Source: Candidatus Cloacimonadales bacterium (GTDB taxonomy: Bacteria > Cloacimonadota > Cloacimonadia > Cloacimonadales > JAFGVF01). From it: DNA of 64,000 bases. The stretch spans positions 2,624,001 through 2,688,000 of the forward strand of contig CAXXJV010000001.1 of NCBI GenBank assembly GCA_963663475.2, written 5' to 3'. Shown piece by piece: positions 61,449-64,000 of the stretch (its first letter is position 1; every line of letters begins with the position of its first letter). The notes under the pieces were generated by a model. That model did no database searches. It saw nothing but the letters and a program-made list of their open reading frames with translations, and was not told where the DNA came from. Made by a program: the position numbers and the translations under genes.

Positions 61449-62015
61449 ATGTCAATAGCACAAGAGAGAACAATAAGAAACTATATTTATCAGATGAGAA
61501 CAGCATTTTCACTTCAAGAAGTTCATGAGAATACAGATATACCTAAGACTTCAGCATTTCGGATAATCCATAAGTTATTAGAAAATGGAGAGATTGAAAA
61601 GACAGGTGCTTCAGTAAGTCCACAGAGGTATAAGGCTGTGATAAGAGTTGCTAAATCACCTAAAGGGGACTTTGATAAGAGGGCGGACAAGTTGACCACT
61701 ATCAGACAAGAAGAGGTAGCAGATAAGGCAAAGGAATTAGGTGTAAGTACTAGGACTGTTTACAGGATTGAGAAGAGAGTGGCCGAAGGTAAAGAAGCTG
61801 ATCCATTCGCAGAAGTTGAAGAGTCATATATTTATCCATATATGAAAACCATCGTAGCAGAAGCTTATAAAATAGGTAAAATATCGATAGATAAAACTGC
61901 TGAACTAATGGGATGTGATGAGAATCAAGCCCGTGGAATACTTCAACATATGGAAGTATTAGAATTAGTTCGGTTAGAAGATAAAGAATATATTCCTTTA
62001 AGGAGAATATCATGA
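61449..62015 (+). CDS. Multi-HTH DNA-binding phage protein
   Basis: IPKTSAFRIIHKL and KELGVSTRTVYR HTH-like segments. Confidence 0.65.
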   Translation: MSIAQERTIRNYIYQMRTAFSLQEVHENTDIPKTSAFRIIHKLLENGEIEKTGASVSPQRYKAVIRVAKSPKGDFDKRADKLTTIRQEEVADKAKELGVSTRTVYRIEKRVAEGKEADPFAEVEESYIYPYMKTIVAEAYKIGKISIDKTAELMGCDENQARGILQHMEVLELVRLEDKEYIPLRRIS

Positions 62016-62569
62016 GTAGTGCAAATCAAAAGAAGAATGCTCTGGTGGCAGGGATGCCACCAGTCCATAGCCCTAAACAAGAAGCTTATGCTAAGAGCTT
62101 GAGACAGCATATAATGATAAGCAGTAAGAAGCAACACAATTGGAGCAATGAAGAATTTCATGACATGTTGAAGTCCTGGGGATTCGGTAGTTCTTTAAGA
62201 AAGCTAACAATTCAGCAACTTCAGACTGTGCTGAGGATTGTTAAGGGAGACGAAAATCCTAAGCAGAAAGAAGTTTCTCCAAGAGAAAAATACGGAATTG
62301 GTAGGTTTGATAAACAAGGTGATTATGTATGGAGTTTAATCCAACAGGTTGGTTGGACTAATGATAGATTTAGGAAGTTTATTGGAAAGCATTATCAGAC
62401 TGTACATTGGAATGCTTTAGAACCTAAAGAAAGGAGTGGTTGTATTGCTATGCTTAAGAATTATTTGAAGAAAGTGGAGAGGAATCTATCCAGGAGTCTT
62501 CGCAAAGCTACGCCATCCCAGGCTAATTACACAAATTACACTAAAAATCAAGAAGGAGAAAAACGATGA
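62012..62569 (+). CDS. GemA/DUF1018-like protein
   Basis: SSLRKLTIQQLQTV and FRKFIGKHY....WNAL.....GCIAMLK resemble the Mu gp16/GemA pattern. Confidence 0.55.
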   Translation: MSSANQKKNALVAGMPPVHSPKQEAYAKSLRQHIMISSKKQHNWSNEEFHDMLKSWGFGSSLRKLTIQQLQTVLRIVKGDENPKQKEVSPREKYGIGRFDKQGDYVWSLIQQVGWTNDRFRKFIGKHYQTVHWNALEPKERSGCIAMLKNYLKKVERNLSRSLRKATPSQANYTNYTKNQEGEKR

Positions 62570-63312
62570 GTAGAGAATTATTTGGAAGAAGCAAAATTAA
62601 TGGCGGAGATGAAAGGAAGATGCCGACAGGGATGTCGGCGCTCCCAGTGGAGATGACACCAGAAGAGAGATTTAAGGCTGTTGAAGTAATGAAAGGCAGG
62701 TTAGAAGAAGACTTTATTAGCCTAGGAGAGATACTTTCTGAGATAAAGAGCAAACGCATATTCAAGATTAAAGGTTATAAGAACTTTAGAGATTTTGTAG
62801 AGATTGAACATAACCTGCCTGCAAGTGTTGCTAATAAGTTAGTTAAGATTTATGATTACTTTATTAAAGATATGGGCATTGATTCTGCTACAGTTCAGGA
62901 GATAGGTTTGGATAGATTGAATACTATTCATCCTCTTATTAAAGATTCTGATTATGTAGTCCAGGAGGAGTGGTTAAAACAAGCTGAAGAACTATCTCAA
63001 CAAGAGCTTAGTGAGAAGGTGAAGGAGATAAGAGTTAAGAAAAAAGAGGATTCTAAGACATTAAAAGATGTCTTAGTTGAGCAGTTTATTGATAACATGA
63101 AAGGTTACTTTAATTGTTCTGGGAAAGAACTTAACTATAAATTAGCACTCTACTTCCAGGATATGGATTTAGACAAAATTAATGAGGTGATAAGAGAGAA
63201 GCAGAGAAGATTTGAAGAGCAAATTGAAGAGTCCACCCCGTCAGTGAAATACACTGACACCCCTCCACAGAGGGGAATTAATGCGGGCAAGGATGCCCAC
63301 AATCCCAGTTAA
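62566..63312 (+). CDS. Hypothetical phage protein
   Basis: 248 aa; LGEILSEIK...GYKNFRDFVE helical motif; both termini contain repeat-derived sequence. Confidence 0.65.
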   Translation: MSRELFGRSKINGGDERKMPTGMSALPVEMTPEERFKAVEVMKGRLEEDFISLGEILSEIKSKRIFKIKGYKNFRDFVEIEHNLPASVANKLVKIYDYFIKDMGIDSATVQEIGLDRLNTIHPLIKDSDYVVQEEWLKQAEELSQQELSEKVKEIRVKKKEDSKTLKDVLVEQFIDNMKGYFNCSGKELNYKLALYFQDMDLDKINEVIREKQRRFEEQIEESTPSVKYTDTPPQRGINAGKDAHNPS

Positions 63313-63329
63313 TAAAAGAGGAGTAAAGA

Positions 63330-63941
63330 ATGGCAGAAGTAAGAGTTGATGGAAGAACTAAATTATGGATAAATCCTGATGGCTATGAAGTACCAATCAG
63401 GTATATAGATAAAGATGATCAGAATAGAGATAAGCTAGTCACTGAAGTCTTTAGTGAAGTTGATAAACTGGTAAGTGATTTAACTTCATTCAAAAGCAAA
63501 CTAGCAAAAATGGTAGATGATTACCTAGATTCCTTAGCCCATAAACATAATGAGAAATGGAAAGGCAATGCTGTTATAATGGACTTTGCTGAGAAACATA
63601 GAATTGATGTTAGTATTAGTGATAAAATCAGCTTTGATAATAAGCTACAGATTGCTAAATCTAAGATTGATAACTATATCAAAAGCTTAGTAAAAAATGC
63701 AGGCAAAGAGATTGTTATGCTTATAAACAAGGCCTTTAATGTAGATAAAAAGGGAAATGTTGATGTAAAACAGATTCTATCCCTTAGGACATTGAAGATT
63801 GAACATCCTGAATGGCAAGAAGCAATGGATCTAATCTCTGAAGCTATCAGAATTGATTCTACTAAGCGATATTTTAACTTCAAAGAAAAGCAAGAAGATG
63901 GGAGCTGGAAATCAATTACTTTGAATTTTTCAGCACTGTAG
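63330..63941 (+). CDS. DUF3164-like Mu-type phage protein
   Basis: AFNVDKKGNV...ILSLR.....W.EAM..I.EAI...and C-terminal I.LNF pattern. Confidence 0.8.
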   Translation: MAEVRVDGRTKLWINPDGYEVPIRYIDKDDQNRDKLVTEVFSEVDKLVSDLTSFKSKLAKMVDDYLDSLAHKHNEKWKGNAVIMDFAEKHRIDVSISDKISFDNKLQIAKSKIDNYIKSLVKNAGKEIVMLINKAFNVDKKGNVDVKQILSLRTLKIEHPEWQEAMDLISEAIRIDSTKRYFNFKEKQEDGSWKSITLNFSAL

Positions 63942-64000
63942 GGAAAGAACCACCCCGTCTTGGAAATACCAAGCCACCCCTCCGTAGAGGGGAATTAATG

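Larger units (their letters stand above)
54600..64000 (+). mobile_element. Mu-like transposable prophage, early region (left boundary approximate; continues beyond the window)
   Basis: Divergent repressor / small-gene switch, DDE transposase, AAA ATPase, GemA-like and DUF3164-like genes in Mu-type order. Confidence 0.85.

Noticed and set aside
292..63883. Numerous short ORFs antisense to or nested within long genes
   Set aside because: They are shadow frames of well-supported genes, with no recognisable motifs.

Overview
AT-rich bacterial chromosome segment, probably from an anaerobic FCB-group organism. Cloacimonadota is plausible, inferred only from a YPNPFN/FlgD-Ig-type secreted protein and the gene content. 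Left to right: (1) a defence cluster of SNF2 helicase, type III Mod, a DNA-binding protein, a Fic/Doc protein and type III Res, which runs off the window; (2) a mobile-DNA pile-up of IS21, IS3 and short repeats; (3) a class II photolyase, an Nqr/Rnf hybrid operon (NqrB/RnfD-C-D-E-F, with no NqrA/RnfC or RnfB) and an StnABC/Bfu-like flavoenzyme complex headed by a DtxR-family regulator; (4) housekeeping genes; (5) a second pile-up with a REP-like tandem array, a group II intron whose RT gene has an internal stop, a second IS21 copy and a solo IS3 end; (6) pcm, surE, a DEAD-box helicase, uvrA and rsmA; (7) the early region of a Mu-like transposable prophage. The most striking unexplained structure is a set of GC-rich palindromic (REP-like) repeat families. 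They appear to serve as targets for the intron (EBS1 matches the repeat) and for the IS3, and they are also translated in frame inside prophage genes, including the transposase. No CRISPR array, tRNA or rRNA was seen. All calls are by eye, with no database searches.
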